Shown here: positions 17,297 through 30,157 of the stretch, in pieces
Layout: every line of letters begins with the position of its first letter
Position numbering within the stretch: position 1 is the stretch's first letter
Source: an uncultured Methylococcales bacterium
GTDB lineage: Bacteria > Pseudomonadota > Gammaproteobacteria > Methylococcales > G963664935
Reading direction: 5' to 3'
Assembly: GCA_964653275.1 (NCBI GenBank)
Contig: CAZZET010000007.1
Location: 13,983-77,982, forward strand
Length of the DNA stretch: 64,000 nt
Translations under genes and position numbers: made by a program
Notes under the pieces: model-generated
What the model was told of the DNA's origin: nothing
The model's input: the letters and a program-made list of their open reading frames with translations, nothing else
Database searches by the model: none

Positions 17297-20017
17297 TTAA
17301 GCCAATCGGCCGTGGCATTGCTTATATTTTTTGCCAGATCCACATGAGCAGGGTTCATTTCGCCCAATTTTCTTTCCACTTCGGACAAATGGCTTCTTCT
17401 CAGCTACCGGTTTTTTTTGATCGTCAGATTGCGCCTGTTCAGAATCCCCCCATGCATTGGATTCAGCGTGTTCATAATGAATATCCTGGCTCTTTTCCTG
17501 TCTTTGCTGATCGACCGCCGTTACGTCGTCCTCAGCGCGGACCTGCACCTTCGATAAAATACCAACGACCTCGTATTTAATGTTTTCCAATAATTCGGTA
17601 AACATCGAAAATGCCTCGCGCTTATACTCTTGCTTTGGATTCTTATGGGCAAAACCCCTTAAATGAATTCCTTGTCTGAGGTAATCCATAGCCGCCAAAT
17701 GTTCTTTCCAAGAATTATCTAAGACTTGCAACATCACCGACTTTTCAAAATGACGCATCACTTCTGAATCCACCGCCGCTTCCATTTTAGCGTAATCATC
17801 ATCTAACAATTGGTGAATTTTTTCTCTCACCCCTTGCTCATCTAGGGAATGGTCTTCATCCAACAACCCCTGAACCGGGATGTGGCTACCAAATTCAGAT
17901 TCCAAAGCCTCCTCAAGACCCTTAATATTCCATTGCTCATCCATGGATTCGGGGGGAATGAACTGATCTATCACTCCAGAGACCACATCGAATCGAATAG
18001 CCGAAATGGTTTCGGAAACATCTTCTGCAACCATGAGTTCGTTCCGCTGTTCGTAAATCACTTTTCTTTGATCATTCGCGACATCATCAAATTCCAGTAA
18101 TTGTTTGCGGATGTCAAAATTATGCCCTTCGACTTTGCGTTGAGCATTTTCGATCGCTCGCGTAACCCACGGATGTTCGATCGCTTCCCCTTGTTCCATA
18201 CCCAACTTCTGCATAAGTCCAGAAACCTTATCGGAAGCGAATATCCGCATCAAACTATCTTGCAAGGAAAGAAAAAACCGGCTAGATCCCGGGTCCCCTT
18301 GCCGCCCTGATCGGCCACGCAACTGATTGTCCACCCGTCTAGACTCATGTCGCTCCGAACCAATAACATGTAACCCTCCGCTTTCGATCACTCGATTGTG
18401 ACGCTGTTGCCACTCATCTCGGGCTTTTTGGATCAAGGTTTCGTCCTCAGTACCTAATGCATCCAATTCAACATCGAAATTACCACCCAAGACAATATCC
18501 GTTCCACGTCCGGCCATATTGGTTGCAATTGTCACTGACCCAGGCCTGCCAGCCTGGGCAACAATATGTGCTTCACGTTCGTGCTGTTTGGCATTAAGTA
18601 CTGCATGTTTAATCGATTTCTTTGTCAGCAACGACGACAAATACTCTGAGTTTTCTATCGACGTTGTTCCTACCAGGACTGGCTGGCCCCGCTCGACACT
18701 TTCACCAATTTCTTCCGTAATCGCTTGATACTTCTCTTCTATTGTCAGAAAAACGCAATCACCTTTGTCGTCACGTATCATAGACAAATGAGTAGGAGCT
18801 ACCACAACTTCCAAGCCATAGATCTGCTGGAACTCGAATGCTTCTGTATCAGCAGTACCCGTCATACCCGCTAATTTTTCATAGAGACGAAAATAATTTT
18901 GGAAGGTGATTGAAGCCAAGGTTTGGTTTTCATTTTGAATGGAAACACCCTCTTTAGCTTCTATCGCTTGATGCAAGCCCTCTGACCAGCGACGACCAGG
19001 CATAGTACGGCCAGTAAACTCATCAACTATGATAACCTCGTTGTTTTTAACGATGTAATCAACATTGTTCTGGTACAACACATGCGCACGCAAACAAGCA
19101 TTTAAATAATGCATAAGCCTGATATTATTAGCGGCGTACAAACTCTCCCCGTCCTGAATGAGGCCGGTATCAGACATCATACTCTCAATGCGCTCGTGCC
19201 CTTCCTCAGTCAGGTGGACCTGTTTGGCTTTCTCGTCGACACTATAATCCCCATCACCATCCTCTTCCTCCTGTTTGGAAAGTAAGGGAATAAGTTTATT
19301 AAGACGAACGTACAGATCCGTTTGATCTTGAGTCGCGCCAGAAATAATAAGCGGTGTCCGCGCCTCGTCGATGAGGATAGAATCCACTTCGTCAACAACG
19401 GCAAAATGAAGCTCCCTCTGCACTTTCTGTTCAAGGCTGAAAGCCATATTATCGCGTAGATAGTCAAATCCGAATTCGTTATTTGTCCCGTACGTAATAT
19501 CAGCCCCATAAGACTCGCGCCGTTCATCGGGCTCCATACCACCAGTAATAACACCGACCGTCATCCCCAAAAATTCGAAAATCTTTCCCATCCATGCCAT
19601 ATCTCTCCGCGCCAAATAATCATTCACAGTAATGATATGAACACCCTTCCCCGGTAAAGCATTCAAATAAGCCGGGAGTGTCGCTACTAGAGTTTTCCCC
19701 TCCCCGGTTTTCATTTCCGCAATTTTCCCTTCGTCGAGAATCATGCCTCCGATCAACTGAACATCAAAATGGCGCATATTCAGGACCCTTTTCGCCGCCT
19801 CTCTGACGTTGGCAAAAGCTTCGGGCAAAAGATCCTCCAGTTTTTCCCCAGCTTTTAATCGATTCCGAAACTCTGTAGTTTTTTTACCCAACTCCTCATC
19901 ACTGAGATTTATGAATTGGTCTTCTAATCGATTAATTTGAGATACTATTTTCCGCTTTTTTTTGATCAATCGATCATTGCGGGAACCGACGATTTTCGTA
20001 ACCAGTTTGCCTAGCAT
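17297..20017 (-). CDS. secA: Preprotein translocase ATPase SecA
   Basis: [27 protein letters not shown] and C-terminal zinc finger [19 protein letters not shown]. Confidence 0.99.
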   Translation of the reverse strand: MLGKLVTKIVGSRNDRLIKKKRKIVSQINRLEDQFINLSDEELGKKTTEFRNRLKAGEKLEDLLPEAFANVREAAKRVLNMRHFDVQLIGGMILDEGKIAEMKTGEGKTLVATLPAYLNALPGKGVHIITVNDYLARRDMAWMGKIFEFLGMTVGVITGGMEPDERRESYGADITYGTNNEFGFDYLRDNMAFSLEQKVQRELHFAVVDEVDSILIDEARTPLIISGATQDQTDLYVRLNKLIPLLSKQEEEDGDGDYSVDEKAKQVHLTEEGHERIESMMSDTGLIQDGESLYAANNIRLMHYLNACLRAHVLYQNNVDYIVKNNEVIIVDEFTGRTMPGRRWSEGLHQAIEAKEGVSIQNENQTLASITFQNYFRLYEKLAGMTGTADTEAFEFQQIYGLEVVVAPTHLSMIRDDKGDCVFLTIEEKYQAITEEIGESVERGQPVLVGTTSIENSEYLSSLLTKKSIKHAVLNAKQHEREAHIVAQAGRPGSVTIATNMAGRGTDIVLGGNFDVELDALGTEDETLIQKARDEWQQRHNRVIESGGLHVIGSERHESRRVDNQLRGRSGRQGDPGSSRFFLSLQDSLMRIFASDKVSGLMQKLGMEQGEAIEHPWVTRAIENAQRKVEGHNFDIRKQLLEFDDVANDQRKVIYEQRNELMVAEDVSETISAIRFDVVSGVIDQFIPPESMDEQWNIKGLEEALESEFGSHIPVQGLLDEDHSLDEQGVREKIHQLLDDDYAKMEAAVDSEVMRHFEKSVMLQVLDNSWKEHLAAMDYLRQGIHLRGFAHKNPKQEYKREAFSMFTELLENIKYEVVGILSKVQVRAEDDVTAVDQQRQEKSQDIHYEHAESNAWGDSEQAQSDDQKKPVAEKKPFVRSGKKIGRNEPCSCGSGKKYKQCHGRLA

Positions 20018-20420
20018 ACCGACTCTAATATATTAATGCTGAATAAAAGGGAAAGAGTAATGTAACCCCAGCGCTCTTTTGTCCACTAAAAGTGCCAAGG
20101 TTTGAAAATAGTATCCCATGGATTGAATCACAAAAGCAGGAGGAGCCCGAACCGGTAATAAAGCCCATTTGATCGAAGCACTTTATATCGAAAAACTTAT
20201 GGAGTATAGCTTGATGACCATCACGACAATCCCCTATGAGAAAGGAATCTTCAATTCAACTTCTACGGGCCTGGGAAAAAATGCAGTAACGAAAAAAAAT
20301 TAATGTAGGTGACTGAATAGTGTAGCACCTAAATTTGATTTCCATCATTAAAACAATCCACCCTTAGATTCCCGCAGAAGTTCACAAAATTAAGAGGCTT
20401 AGATTTTACCAAAAAGGTAC

Positions 20421-20687
20421 TTACCGGCGACGCCCACGACCACCCTTTCGCCCCTTATCCGGACTCGCATAGATTGTACTGCCTTCGAAATCAGTCTGAT
20501 TTAAGGCGGCCATTGCCGCACGAGCCTCATGCCCTTCCATATCGATCAAACAAATCCCCCTCGCTTTTCCCGTAAAAAGATCTTTATTCAATTTTAAAGA
20601 ACGAACTGTACCATATTGAGAAAATAAATCTGTTACGCTTTCCTCGGTCGCAGAGGGCGGCAAACCCCGGACGAAAATAGTGATCAT
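20421..20687 (-). CDS. RRM-domain RNA-binding protein
   Basis: RNP2 IFVRGL, RNP1-like RGICLIDM and a Gly/Arg-rich tail. Confidence 0.9.
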   Translation of the reverse strand: MITIFVRGLPPSATEESVTDLFSQYGTVRSLKLNKDLFTGKARGICLIDMEGHEARAAMAALNQTDFEGSTIYASPDKGRKGGRGRRR

Positions 20688-20921
20688 ACAAGTCTCCGTA
20701 AGAAGAATTAGAAAAAGAAATCAACACCCTATCCAAACTATTTTATGCCCGCAACAATTAAAGGATTCGATACAGCATTGTTTGCGATACCGGTCATTCG
20801 TTTATTGAAAGGGCGGATAAGGCGGGACTTAGGAATATTTTTTACTCAATGGGCACACCGAGAAACCCCAACCCCTAATGGTAACAAACATGCTTTAACG
20901 ATTCAAGAATCTCAACAAACA

Positions 20922-23192
20922 TTAGCTGTAATCTTTTTCCATATCCAACCATCGCAAACGATTAGCATTTGTGACGACCGTCACTGAAGACAGTGCCATC
21001 GCAGCCCCAGCAATCATAGGATTTAACAACCATCCGAAGAATGGGTATAGGAGACCTGCAGCAACTGGGATACTTACAACATTATATATAAAAGCACCTA
21101 ATAAATTTTGTTTGATATTTGTCAGCGTTGCTCGAGAAAGCTTGATAGCTTGCGGGATTTTAAATAAGGAACCCTGCAAAATAACAACATCAGCACTCTC
21201 AATAGCAATATCAATTCCTGTACCTATGGCAAACCCCACGTCAGCTTGAGCCAAAGCCGGAGCATCATTTATTCCGTCACCAACCATCCCAACCACTTCC
21301 CCATGCGCCTGTAACGCCTTAATTACTTCTGATTTACCCTGCGGAGAAACTCCAGCTTGGATTTCTGAAATCCCTACCTTTCTCGCAATGGCCTGAGCTG
21401 TAATTTCATTATCACCCGTAACCATCATCACCTTGAGACCACAATCTCTTAAAGCCAAAACCGATTTTTTCGAATCTAATTTAACAGGATCGGAAACACA
21501 AATTAATCCTACTACGCTTTGATCGACCGCTAATAACATCGGTGTTTCTCCGTTTCCAGCGTAGTGTTCCAATTTAGTTAGAAAACCTCCGCAATCTATT
21601 TTTCGATCTTCCATCAGTTCGCGGTTTCCAAACAAGGTTAGTTGCCCGTTAACTAATGCGGAAACACCCCGACCGGCAATCGTTTCGAATTTTTCAGCCG
21701 ACAACAACGAAAAACTCTTCGCATCTTCGGCTGCCATAATCGCAGCAGCTAAAGGATGCTCCGAACCTATTTCCACACTTGCCGCAATTTGCAAAACATG
21801 ATCAGCTTCCCACCCATCTGCAGGTTCTATACGGGTGACAACAGGTTTCCCTTCGGTAATCGTACCGGTTTTATCGAGGATAATATAACTCAATCTCTCC
21901 GCACTCTGGAGAGCGTCACCATTGCGAATTAGAATCCCTATTTGTGCCGCCTTTCCGACCGACACCATAACCGAAATCGGAGTTGCTAAACCTAAAGCAC
22001 AAGGACAGGCAACCACTAAAACTGTCATTGCAGTAACAAATGCAAAACCTAATACTGGATCAGGACCAAGAAACAACCAAATAAAAAAGGTAAACGCCGA
22101 GATCATCACCACACTTGGAACAAACACGGCCGCAATCCGATCGACAAGCCTAGCAATCTCTGGCTTGCTGCTTTGAGCATTGCGTACACTTTCGACAATC
22201 TGAGCAAGTGCCGTATCTTGTCCGATACGTGTCGCTCTAAACAAAAATGACCCACTTTGATTCAATGTTCCGGCGACAACCTCATCACCTTCACGCTTTT
22301 CTACGGGTACGGGTTCACCGGTTAACATCGATTCATCAACGTTAGAATACCCATCGATTAGGACACCATCTACCGGGATTTTTTCTCCCGGACGCACCCG
22401 TAAAGTATCGGCCAATCCAACTTGAGCTATAGGAATATCTATTTCTTCTCCATTACGAAGAATCCGTGCGGTACGGGGCTGCAAGCCAATTAGTTCTCGA
22501 ATGGCGCCCGATGTTTTTCCCCGAGCGCGGGTTTCAAGAGCCGTTCCTAAATTAATGAAGGCAAGAATGATGATCGCTGCTTCAAAGTATGCGTGTTTCG
22601 CCAACGGTGGCAAAGCATCGGCGAAATCAATAACAAAAGTTGAATAAACCCAAGCGGAACCTGTTCCCAATGCGATCAATGTATCCATATTGGCTTGTCG
22701 TTTCTGCAACGAATTTAGCGCACCAATATAAAAATGCCCTCCAGAGTAAAACAAGATACCCAACGTTAAAACCGAGATCAATAACCAGAATATTCTTCCC
22801 TCTGGCGCGCCGATGGTAGGTAGGACATCGAAGTGACCCGCCAGCATAAGCGGTAACCCCAGTAGTGCGGCGGCGGCAGATTTCCACAACAATCCAGAGT
22901 ATCTTTGCAACTCCAACAATTCTTCTTCCCGAACGTCTTTAAGACCCTCCATTACCGCAACTTCATAGCCGGCATCACTAACCGCTTTTTTGAGAATCAC
23001 CAGGTCGAAATTGCCTTCTACCGTTGCCGAGTGATCGGCAAAATTAACGCTCGCCGATTTAACTCCCAGTACTGATTGAATGCTATGCTCGACGCTAGCC
23101 ACACAGCCGGCACAACGCATACCCGCAATGGATAATCGAGTCACGATATGGGCAGCGTTATCAAGGGTTACTGATTTCGCTTCTATTTGCAT
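20922..23192 (-). CDS. copA: Cu(I)-type heavy-metal P1B ATPase
   Basis: GMRCAGC metal-binding domain, [28 protein letters not shown] and MALSS. Confidence 0.93.
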   Translation of the reverse strand: MQIEAKSVTLDNAAHIVTRLSIAGMRCAGCVASVEHSIQSVLGVKSASVNFADHSATVEGNFDLVILKKAVSDAGYEVAVMEGLKDVREEELLELQRYSGLLWKSAAAALLGLPLMLAGHFDVLPTIGAPEGRIFWLLISVLTLGILFYSGGHFYIGALNSLQKRQANMDTLIALGTGSAWVYSTFVIDFADALPPLAKHAYFEAAIIILAFINLGTALETRARGKTSGAIRELIGLQPRTARILRNGEEIDIPIAQVGLADTLRVRPGEKIPVDGVLIDGYSNVDESMLTGEPVPVEKREGDEVVAGTLNQSGSFLFRATRIGQDTALAQIVESVRNAQSSKPEIARLVDRIAAVFVPSVVMISAFTFFIWLFLGPDPVLGFAFVTAMTVLVVACPCALGLATPISVMVSVGKAAQIGILIRNGDALQSAERLSYIILDKTGTITEGKPVVTRIEPADGWEADHVLQIAASVEIGSEHPLAAAIMAAEDAKSFSLLSAEKFETIAGRGVSALVNGQLTLFGNRELMEDRKIDCGGFLTKLEHYAGNGETPMLLAVDQSVVGLICVSDPVKLDSKKSVLALRDCGLKVMMVTGDNEITAQAIARKVGISEIQAGVSPQGKSEVIKALQAHGEVVGMVGDGINDAPALAQADVGFAIGTGIDIAIESADVVILQGSLFKIPQAIKLSRATLTNIKQNLLGAFIYNVVSIPVAAGLLYPFFGWLLNPMIAGAAMALSSVTVVTNANRLRWLDMEKDYS

Positions 23193-23590
23193 AAGAGCGG
23201 CTTGAATATCGGAAAAAATAAATACTTAACAAGTATTCGCTAGGATATTGCTTTATTGCAGCTATTGCAACGCAGAGATATGGTTAAATCAATCGGCCCA
23301 AAGACTTGTCCGAAAATTGCGCCCATAGCGAGGGGCAAGACAAATTGCGTCAGATTTTTCGATCAAATGATGAAATATATCCTCACATTCCCCCCAGGTG
23401 AGACCACTACCCCGTCCTAGGTTGCTCCAAGAAAGTTTATGAAGCAAAAGATTAGAGTAGCTGCCATAAGGATAACATGGGGGCATATCCGAGAATCGGG
23501 GTCAGAATCGCAATCCACCGACAGCTTTGCAACTTTTAGAAGTTACTTGTGTTTAGATCCCTAACCTATTGAGTGAAATCATTCTTCGTC

Positions 23591-24493
23591 TCAAGCAACT
23601 AGATATCGATCAAGTTCATCCCGGTTTAGCAGAACCAACGGGTGGGAAACGGCTTCGGCATCTGAATCATTCAAGCCGATGCGCATAGTGTGAAGAAAAA
23701 AATCGACCAACGCCGCACGAGTCGGGTAGGAAACCAGACCATTTTCCATACCATAATCGGACTCAATCACAGATCTTTGCATTTCATTCAACCCGGGATG
23801 AGGGCCAATTTTTACAGAAACATCTGTATTCCACGCTGTATCATCAGTCTCATTAAAATCCGCTGTTCCAGTAATTTTAATTTCCTGAATTCGAACCAAT
23901 AAAAAGTTTTTGAACTCTTCGTGAGTATAACTATAACCACGAACATACCAATGCAGTCCATCAAACACAAAATTATGTGGACATAACACGTGCCTAACAG
24001 TTTTCAGCCGGCTCATGGTTCGATATACAATCTCCAATTCTTCGCCTTTTTGTATTGCCTGCACCAACCCCTGGAGGGTTTCGGTCGACAACTCCTGAGC
24101 AACAGGCTCCACAACACATCCCGATGCTATTTTGTCAACTAAAGGAACGACCGGACCCTGAACATTCCCACGTGCTGCATGCAAAAACTGAAGATATTCA
24201 CTCACACTTCCTTCCATGAAAGCAGGCTTGAATTGTTCCGTAATCAGATAACACTTTTTGTGTTTATCGTACCGCAAGTTTTCCGGACATAATTCCTGGT
24301 ATAGGGTGAAATCTTTAGAGGCTTGAACACGGCTAATACCAAATGTCTCGACCAAGCTATTAGTCCGTAATCCCCCATTCCAATACACCGTCGACTCCAA
24401 TAATGTCAGCCTTTGCCTAACATCCCATTTAATATTAGATTGTAACGGTTTAGTTTTTAATTCGGTTACCATAATTACTCGGTTGTTGGCCAC
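23591..24493 (-). CDS. BrxR/CapW-like WYL-domain transcriptional regulator
   Basis: N-terminal wHTH (RLTLLE..VYWNG...FGISRVQASKDFTLY) and WYL core (PHNFVFDGLHWYVRGY...FLLVRI). Start may be ATG 24472. Confidence 0.85.
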   Translation of the reverse strand: MANNRVIMVTELKTKPLQSNIKWDVRQRLTLLESTVYWNGGLRTNSLVETFGISRVQASKDFTLYQELCPENLRYDKHKKCYLITEQFKPAFMEGSVSEYLQFLHAARGNVQGPVVPLVDKIASGCVVEPVAQELSTETLQGLVQAIQKGEELEIVYRTMSRLKTVRHVLCPHNFVFDGLHWYVRGYSYTHEEFKNFLLVRIQEIKITGTADFNETDDTAWNTDVSVKIGPHPGLNEMQRSVIESDYGMENGLVSYPTRAALVDFFLHTMRIGLNDSDAEAVSHPLVLLNRDELDRYLVA

Positions 24494-24510
24494 AAAATGG
24501 AAAGATTACT

Positions 24511-24540
24511 TGGTATACAGTTCAGCATGGTATATAGTTC
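24511..24540. promoter_or_regulatory. 13-bp direct repeat TGGTATA(C/T)AGTTC with 17-bp period, candidate operator
   Basis: Copies at 24511-24523 and 24528-24540 (12/13 identical), about 20-50 bp upstream of the WYL gene start. Confidence 0.45.
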
Positions 24541-24623
24541 TGTGTTTTACATAACATCAGCAAAGACAAATGATGGATATTATATATTAATTGACCTAAA
24601 CAGGCCATCATCGACAAAAAACA

Positions 24624-26867
24624 TCAATTATTTTTGCTCTTGATTTCCACTCGATCAACACTCCTAAACCCTCGCGGCAATAGCACCCCTCGTCGTGCCC
24701 GTGCCCCAATATACGACTGAAAACTGTCCGATTTTAACGTGAATACCCGTTTACCGCTATAAAATCGTAAATTATTTTGTTTGCCAAGCACTTTCGTAGC
24801 AACAATATAGTCGTTTCTATTTCTAAATTCGGAAATAGAAATCTGAATGAGTTTATTTCCCTTTCCTCGGGTTAAATGGGGAATCTCATGGACCGGAAAT
24901 AATAATAACCGTCCTTGGAGCGTCACTACAGCGACTAAATCTGTATCAGGGTTGGGCACTCTAACAGGCAACATAACACCAGCTCCTTCAGGTACGGTTA
25001 ATACATGTTTCCCTGCTCTATTCTTGGTGCCGAGTCCCCCTGTTTGTGTTATGAATCCATATCCCGCGTCAGTTGACAAAAGGTAGAAACCCTCGTCACC
25101 ACCTCCAAAAACTGCTTTAAATTGCGCTCCTGCCGGTGGTTTTAACCGTCCAGTCAATGGTTCACCCTGAGTTCTTGCCGAAGGCAATTCAAAGACTGGC
25201 ACACTGTAAACACGTCCAGTGGTATCCAAAAAAAGAATATTTTGCTTGCTTCTGCAACGAACCGAGGATAAATAACCATCACCCGACCGATAGGCCAAAC
25301 CAATTCGATCGATATCGTGCCCTTTGGCTGCACGCACCCAACCTTTTTCGGATAGAATCACGGTCATCGGCTCATTAGTAATCAGACTACTTGCATCGAT
25401 GCTTTGGGCAGCCTCACGGCGGACTATAGGTGACTTTCGGACATCACCATATTTTTCAGCATCCTCCAACAATTCACCCCGAAGCAGATTATTAAGACGT
25501 TTCCTAGAACCCAGCGTTTTGCTGAGATCTTCCCGTTCAAGATTCAATTCATCCTGCTCTCCTCGAATCTTCATCTCCTCTAGACGTGCGAGATGGCGCA
25601 ATTTCAGATTCAAAATCGCTTCCGCCTGGATATCGGACAAATTAAAACGCAAAATTAGCACGTGTTTCGGCTCATCTTCGGTACGAATAATCGCAATGAC
25701 CTCATCGATATTCAAATAGGCAACCAGCAGCCCATCAAGAATATGTAATCGTTCGTTGACCCTTTCTAACCGGTGTTGCAAGCGTCGCCGAACAGTTTGT
25801 GTTCTAAACTCAAGCCACTCGAACAGAATTTGTTTAAGATTCTTAACCTGGGGTTTCCCACTCAAGCCAATCATATTCATATTGACGCGATAGGTTTTTT
25901 CCAAATCGGTAGTAGCAAATAAGTGGGACATCAACTGGTTTAAGTCCACCCGATTTGACCGGGGCATAAGTACAAAACGAATCGGGTTTTCGTGGTCCGA
26001 CTCATCGCGAAGATCTTCCAGCATCGGTATTTTTTTTGCCCGCATTTGAGCTGCAATCTGCTCCAATATTCTATTCCCTGAAACTTGATACGGTAGCGCG
26101 GTAACCACGATATTGCCCTCTTCCCGGTCAAACCGAGCCCTCAACCTAACAGAACCTTTTCCAGTTTGATAAATTGTTTTTATTTCATCGCGAGACGTAA
26201 TAATCTCCGCTTCGGTCGGGTAATCCGGTCCTTTAATGTGCTCATATAAGTCATCGAGAGTTGCAGTCGGACTATCAAGCAGGCAAATACATGCATTGAC
26301 CACCTCATGAAGATTATGCGGAGGAATATCCGTCGCCATACCCACTGCTATCCCCATAGTGCCATTGAGCAGGACATTCGGAAGTCTTGCTGGAAGCAGT
26401 TTCGGCTCCTCTAAGGTTCCGTCGAAATTGGCGTTCCAATCCACAGTACCCTGCCCAAGCTCAGACAAGAGACTCTGTGCATATGGTGTTAATTTTGCCT
26501 CCGTATACCGCATAGCCGCGAATGATTTAGGTTCATCCGGCGACCCCCAATTGCCCTGCCCATCAATCAAGGGATAACGAAAAGAGAATGATTGTGCCAT
26601 GAGAACCATAGCTTCATAGCACGCAGAATCACCATGAGGATGATACTTACCCAAAACATCCCCAACAGTGCGGGCAGATTTTTTAAATTTTGCCTGCGCC
26701 GACAACCCCAGTTCCGACATGGCAAAAACAATCCGCCGCTGAACCGGCTTCAATCCATCGGCAATATGCGGTAAAGCACGGTCAAGAATCACGTACATGG
26801 AATAATCCAAATACGCCTTTTCGGCGAAATCCTTAAGAGGAATTTGTTCGTATTCTTGGACAGTCAT
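24624..26867 (-). CDS. parC: DNA topoisomerase IV subunit A
   Basis: [28 protein letters not shown] and a C-terminal beta-pinwheel; length about 750 aa. Confidence 0.97.
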   Translation of the reverse strand: MTVQEYEQIPLKDFAEKAYLDYSMYVILDRALPHIADGLKPVQRRIVFAMSELGLSAQAKFKKSARTVGDVLGKYHPHGDSACYEAMVLMAQSFSFRYPLIDGQGNWGSPDEPKSFAAMRYTEAKLTPYAQSLLSELGQGTVDWNANFDGTLEEPKLLPARLPNVLLNGTMGIAVGMATDIPPHNLHEVVNACICLLDSPTATLDDLYEHIKGPDYPTEAEIITSRDEIKTIYQTGKGSVRLRARFDREEGNIVVTALPYQVSGNRILEQIAAQMRAKKIPMLEDLRDESDHENPIRFVLMPRSNRVDLNQLMSHLFATTDLEKTYRVNMNMIGLSGKPQVKNLKQILFEWLEFRTQTVRRRLQHRLERVNERLHILDGLLVAYLNIDEVIAIIRTEDEPKHVLILRFNLSDIQAEAILNLKLRHLARLEEMKIRGEQDELNLEREDLSKTLGSRKRLNNLLRGELLEDAEKYGDVRKSPIVRREAAQSIDASSLITNEPMTVILSEKGWVRAAKGHDIDRIGLAYRSGDGYLSSVRCRSKQNILFLDTTGRVYSVPVFELPSARTQGEPLTGRLKPPAGAQFKAVFGGGDEGFYLLSTDAGYGFITQTGGLGTKNRAGKHVLTVPEGAGVMLPVRVPNPDTDLVAVVTLQGRLLLFPVHEIPHLTRGKGNKLIQISISEFRNRNDYIVATKVLGKQNNLRFYSGKRVFTLKSDSFQSYIGARARRGVLLPRGFRSVDRVEIKSKNN

Positions 26868-27123
26868 GGATATAAGGATAAATCTGAAAACTCAAACAAA
26901 ATCGGGTCAACGGAATACAAAAATTTAAACAAGGAATTTTTATGCATTTATACTTCAGCGACTCTTGTTAATCCAAGCACGACGCCACAAGGTTCAAAAA
27001 ACGCGATAATTTTCCCAATTCGCCAACCAGTGAGTATTTCAGCCACCTTTCGTGGGATCCAACAATTGAAAAATTATCACCCTGATTTCAATAGCAAAAA
27101 ACTTGGGACATTGCGGTAAAAAG

Positions 27124-27264
27124 CTATCCATCAGAATCTTCTTCATCTTCATAAGGTTTGGGTCTTATCGACTTGGGAATCTTCGGGATATTCGCGGTAC
27201 GTAAAAGGATAATCGTACTCCCAAGTATCAACACAAGCGATATAACTAGAAAAATCCACAACAT
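27124..27264 (-). CDS. Small single-TM protein (DUF2897-like), 46 aa
   Basis: MLWIFLVISLVLILGSTIILLRTANIPKIPKSIRPKPYEDEEDSDG from ATG 27264: a hydrophobic N-terminus and an acidic tail. The family name is recalled resemblance. Confidence 0.6.
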   Translation of the reverse strand: MLWIFLVISLVLILGSTIILLRTANIPKIPKSIRPKPYEDEEDSDG

Positions 27265-27316
27265 ATTGTCGTAACCAAACACAAATCCAATCCATAGAGC
27301 TTTCTGACACCAGATC

Positions 27317-30157
27317 TTACCATCCGAATTCTCCACCATGCAAAGCGGAATCGACAACTGCTTTTTGTTGTTCAATGTGAACACTAAATTGACCCACCGC
27401 TGGAGAAGCCGACATGGGTCTTCCGGCATAACCCAATTTAGTAGATTTGTCGACGATATCCAAAAATCGGTGCCTGATCTGGTGCCAAGCACCCTGATTT
27501 TGCGGTTCTTCCTGACACCAAATCAACTCCTTCACTTGGGTATAACGCTTAAGTTGTTTGGTTAACTGTTTCTGGGGAAAAGGATACAACTGTTCTAAGC
27601 GCAAAATGGCTACATTTTCAAGTTCCTCAGCTCGTCTGGTTTCCAGCAGGTCGTAAAATATCTTCCCCGAACCCAGGACCACACGGCTAACACGTTTAGG
27701 ATTTATATCATCAATTTCACCGATCACGTTTTGAAAACTGCCTCCGCTAAAGTCCTCCAAAGTTGAAACTGCAAGTTTGTGGCGCAACAAGCTTTTGGGA
27801 CTCATCACGATCAACGGTTTTCGATATGGTCTTAAAACCTGGCGACGTAAAAGGTGGAATATTTGGGCCGGGGTCGTGGGAGTACAAATTTGAATATTGT
27901 GTTCCGCACAAAGCTGTAAATAACGTTCGAGGCGTGCCGAAGAATGTTCGGGACCCTGTCCTTCATATCCATGGGGTAATAACATAGTAAGGCCACACAT
28001 ACGCCCCCATTTACTCTCCCCGGAACTGATGAATTGATCCATAACCACTTGGGCTCCGTTGGCGAAGTCGCCAAATTGGGCCTCCCAAACAACCAAAGTA
28101 TCCGGTTCCGCACTGCTGTAACCATATTCAAACGCCAGCACCCCTTCTTCGGAAAGTAATGAATTATAAATGTAAAACTTTGCCTGTTTTTCGCTAAGGT
28201 TTTGCAGTGGAATATAGGTTTCACCATTAAGTTGGTTATTGAGGGTCACATGGCGATGAAAAAAGGTTCCTCGTCCCACATCCTGTCCAGAAATACGGAT
28301 GTTTTTCTTTTCCACCAACAAACTGGCATAGGCAAGGTTTTCGGCATAGCCCCAGTCAATTGGCAACGCACCAGCTGTCATTTTTCGGCGATTGTCCATT
28401 AATTTAGCAACTCTGGGATGCATTTCAAATCCTGGCGGCAACTCGATCATTTTCTCGGTCAGTTCCCGAATTCGCTCTAACGATACATTCGTGTTACAAG
28501 CAATGTCCCACTCATTCCCGGTATAATGACTCCATCGGACAGCATTAGGATTAACCAAGTCTTGAATGATGGGACGGGAAACAGTTTCACCTTTGTCCAA
28601 TGCCTCACTGTAATCAGATGCCATTTTCTGAGCTTGACTGTGACTAACCACCCCACTTTCAACGAGTTTAACGGCATATAACTTAGCAGTTGTTGGATGA
28701 CCCCGGATCTTCTGATACATGATTGGTTGCGTAACCGCTGGCTCATCCGCTTCGTTATGCCCATGCCGCCGATAGCAAATCATATCGATGACAGCGTCCT
28801 TTTGGAATTCCATGCGGTAATCGATAGCCAATTGGGTAGCGAACAAAACCGCTTCCGGATCATCGCCATTCACGTGAAACACTGGAGCCTGAATCATGTT
28901 TGCTACATCGGTACAATACAGTGTAGAACGAGCATCGAAAGGATTACTAGTCGTAAATCCAATCTGATTATTGATGACGATATGGACTGTTCCTCCTGTT
29001 GAATACGCCGGTGTTTCGGCGAGATTGAGAGTCTCCATAACCACCCCCTGCCCCGCGAAAGCCGCATCACCATGTATCAAAATCGGGAGCACTTCACTTT
29101 CTCCCTTTTCACCTCTACGGTCTTGTCGCGCACGAACAGAACCTTCGACCACCGGATTAATGATTTCAAGATGTGATGGATTGAACGCCAACGCCAAATG
29201 AACAGGACCGCCCGAAGTTTCCACATCGGACGAATAACCAAGATGATATTTCACATCGCCCGAACCGTTTTGTAATGGAGTTGGGGAGTGTCTCCCTTCA
29301 AACTCATCGAAAAGAATGCTCGGATTCTTTCCAAGAATATTGATCAATACATTCAAACGGCCACGGTGTGCCATACCCACCACTACCTCCTGAATTCCTT
29401 TTGCCCCCGACCTTTGGATCAATTCATCGAGAAGAGGTATTAAGCATTCACCCCCCTCCAGGGAAAATCGTTTCTGGCCAACGTATCTTCGGTGTAAATA
29501 TTTCTCAATCCCCTCCGCGTCTGTCAGTTGTTTTAGCAAACGAATTTTTTGTTCATCATCCAAATTTAAACGACCACGGGTTCCTTCAATACGGTTGATG
29601 AGCCAAGAAGTTATCCCAAGATCCACAATATGGGTATATTCGAAACCAATACTGCCGCAATAAGTTTCGTTTAACATACTGAGAATTTCTCGAAGCGTTA
29701 AACGCTTACTCCCATATAAAGTTCCGGTGTTAAACACTGTATCTAAATCAAGTTCGCTTAATCCATAGTAGGCAGGGTCGAGATCAGGTACCGGAGACCG
29801 ATGCAATAAATTTAACGGATCATAGTCGGCCTGTTGATGACCGCTAACTCGATATTGATTGATCAACCGGGTCACGGAAGACTGTTTCTCCATGATTTCT
29901 TCCATGAAATTATCTTGCAAGGAAAATTGTCGCGTAGTCGGTACACGCGCCATTTTTTCAAATCGTTCTTTAACCACACTGTGGGGTATATCCAGATTAT
30001 AAGTAGAATGGTTTTGAAGCGATTTAAACTTCTCTCGCCAAGCTTCCCCAACAGAGTCAGGCTCTTGGAGAAATTGTTCGTACAAGGCCTCTACAAAGCT
30101 TGCATTACCGCCATAAAGCGACGAGGACTCAATAAATTGGTCGAGAAGTTTATTCAT
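27317..30157 (-). CDS. sucA: 2-oxoglutarate dehydrogenase E1
   Basis: KRFSLEGGE, GMAHRGRLN, GDVKYHLG, HGDAAFAGQG and HGYEGQGPEHSS. Confidence 0.98.
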   Translation of the reverse strand: MNKLLDQFIESSSLYGGNASFVEALYEQFLQEPDSVGEAWREKFKSLQNHSTYNLDIPHSVVKERFEKMARVPTTRQFSLQDNFMEEIMEKQSSVTRLINQYRVSGHQQADYDPLNLLHRSPVPDLDPAYYGLSELDLDTVFNTGTLYGSKRLTLREILSMLNETYCGSIGFEYTHIVDLGITSWLINRIEGTRGRLNLDDEQKIRLLKQLTDAEGIEKYLHRRYVGQKRFSLEGGECLIPLLDELIQRSGAKGIQEVVVGMAHRGRLNVLINILGKNPSILFDEFEGRHSPTPLQNGSGDVKYHLGYSSDVETSGGPVHLALAFNPSHLEIINPVVEGSVRARQDRRGEKGESEVLPILIHGDAAFAGQGVVMETLNLAETPAYSTGGTVHIVINNQIGFTTSNPFDARSTLYCTDVANMIQAPVFHVNGDDPEAVLFATQLAIDYRMEFQKDAVIDMICYRRHGHNEADEPAVTQPIMYQKIRGHPTTAKLYAVKLVESGVVSHSQAQKMASDYSEALDKGETVSRPIIQDLVNPNAVRWSHYTGNEWDIACNTNVSLERIRELTEKMIELPPGFEMHPRVAKLMDNRRKMTAGALPIDWGYAENLAYASLLVEKKNIRISGQDVGRGTFFHRHVTLNNQLNGETYIPLQNLSEKQAKFYIYNSLLSEEGVLAFEYGYSSAEPDTLVVWEAQFGDFANGAQVVMDQFISSGESKWGRMCGLTMLLPHGYEGQGPEHSSARLERYLQLCAEHNIQICTPTTPAQIFHLLRRQVLRPYRKPLIVMSPKSLLRHKLAVSTLEDFSGGSFQNVIGEIDDINPKRVSRVVLGSGKIFYDLLETRRAEELENVAILRLEQLYPFPQKQLTKQLKRYTQVKELIWCQEEPQNQGAWHQIRHRFLDIVDKSTKLGYAGRPMSASPAVGQFSVHIEQQKAVVDSALHGGEFGW

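Noticed and set aside
24505-24545. LexA SOS box upstream of the WYL gene
   Set aside because: TATACAG resembles a half-site, but no CTGT-N8-ACAG arrangement is present. I kept it only as a direct repeat.
27124-27492. 122-aa version of the small ORF
   Set aside because: The N-terminal part overlaps the sucA 3' end in another frame; only the 46-aa portion from 27264 looks protein-like.
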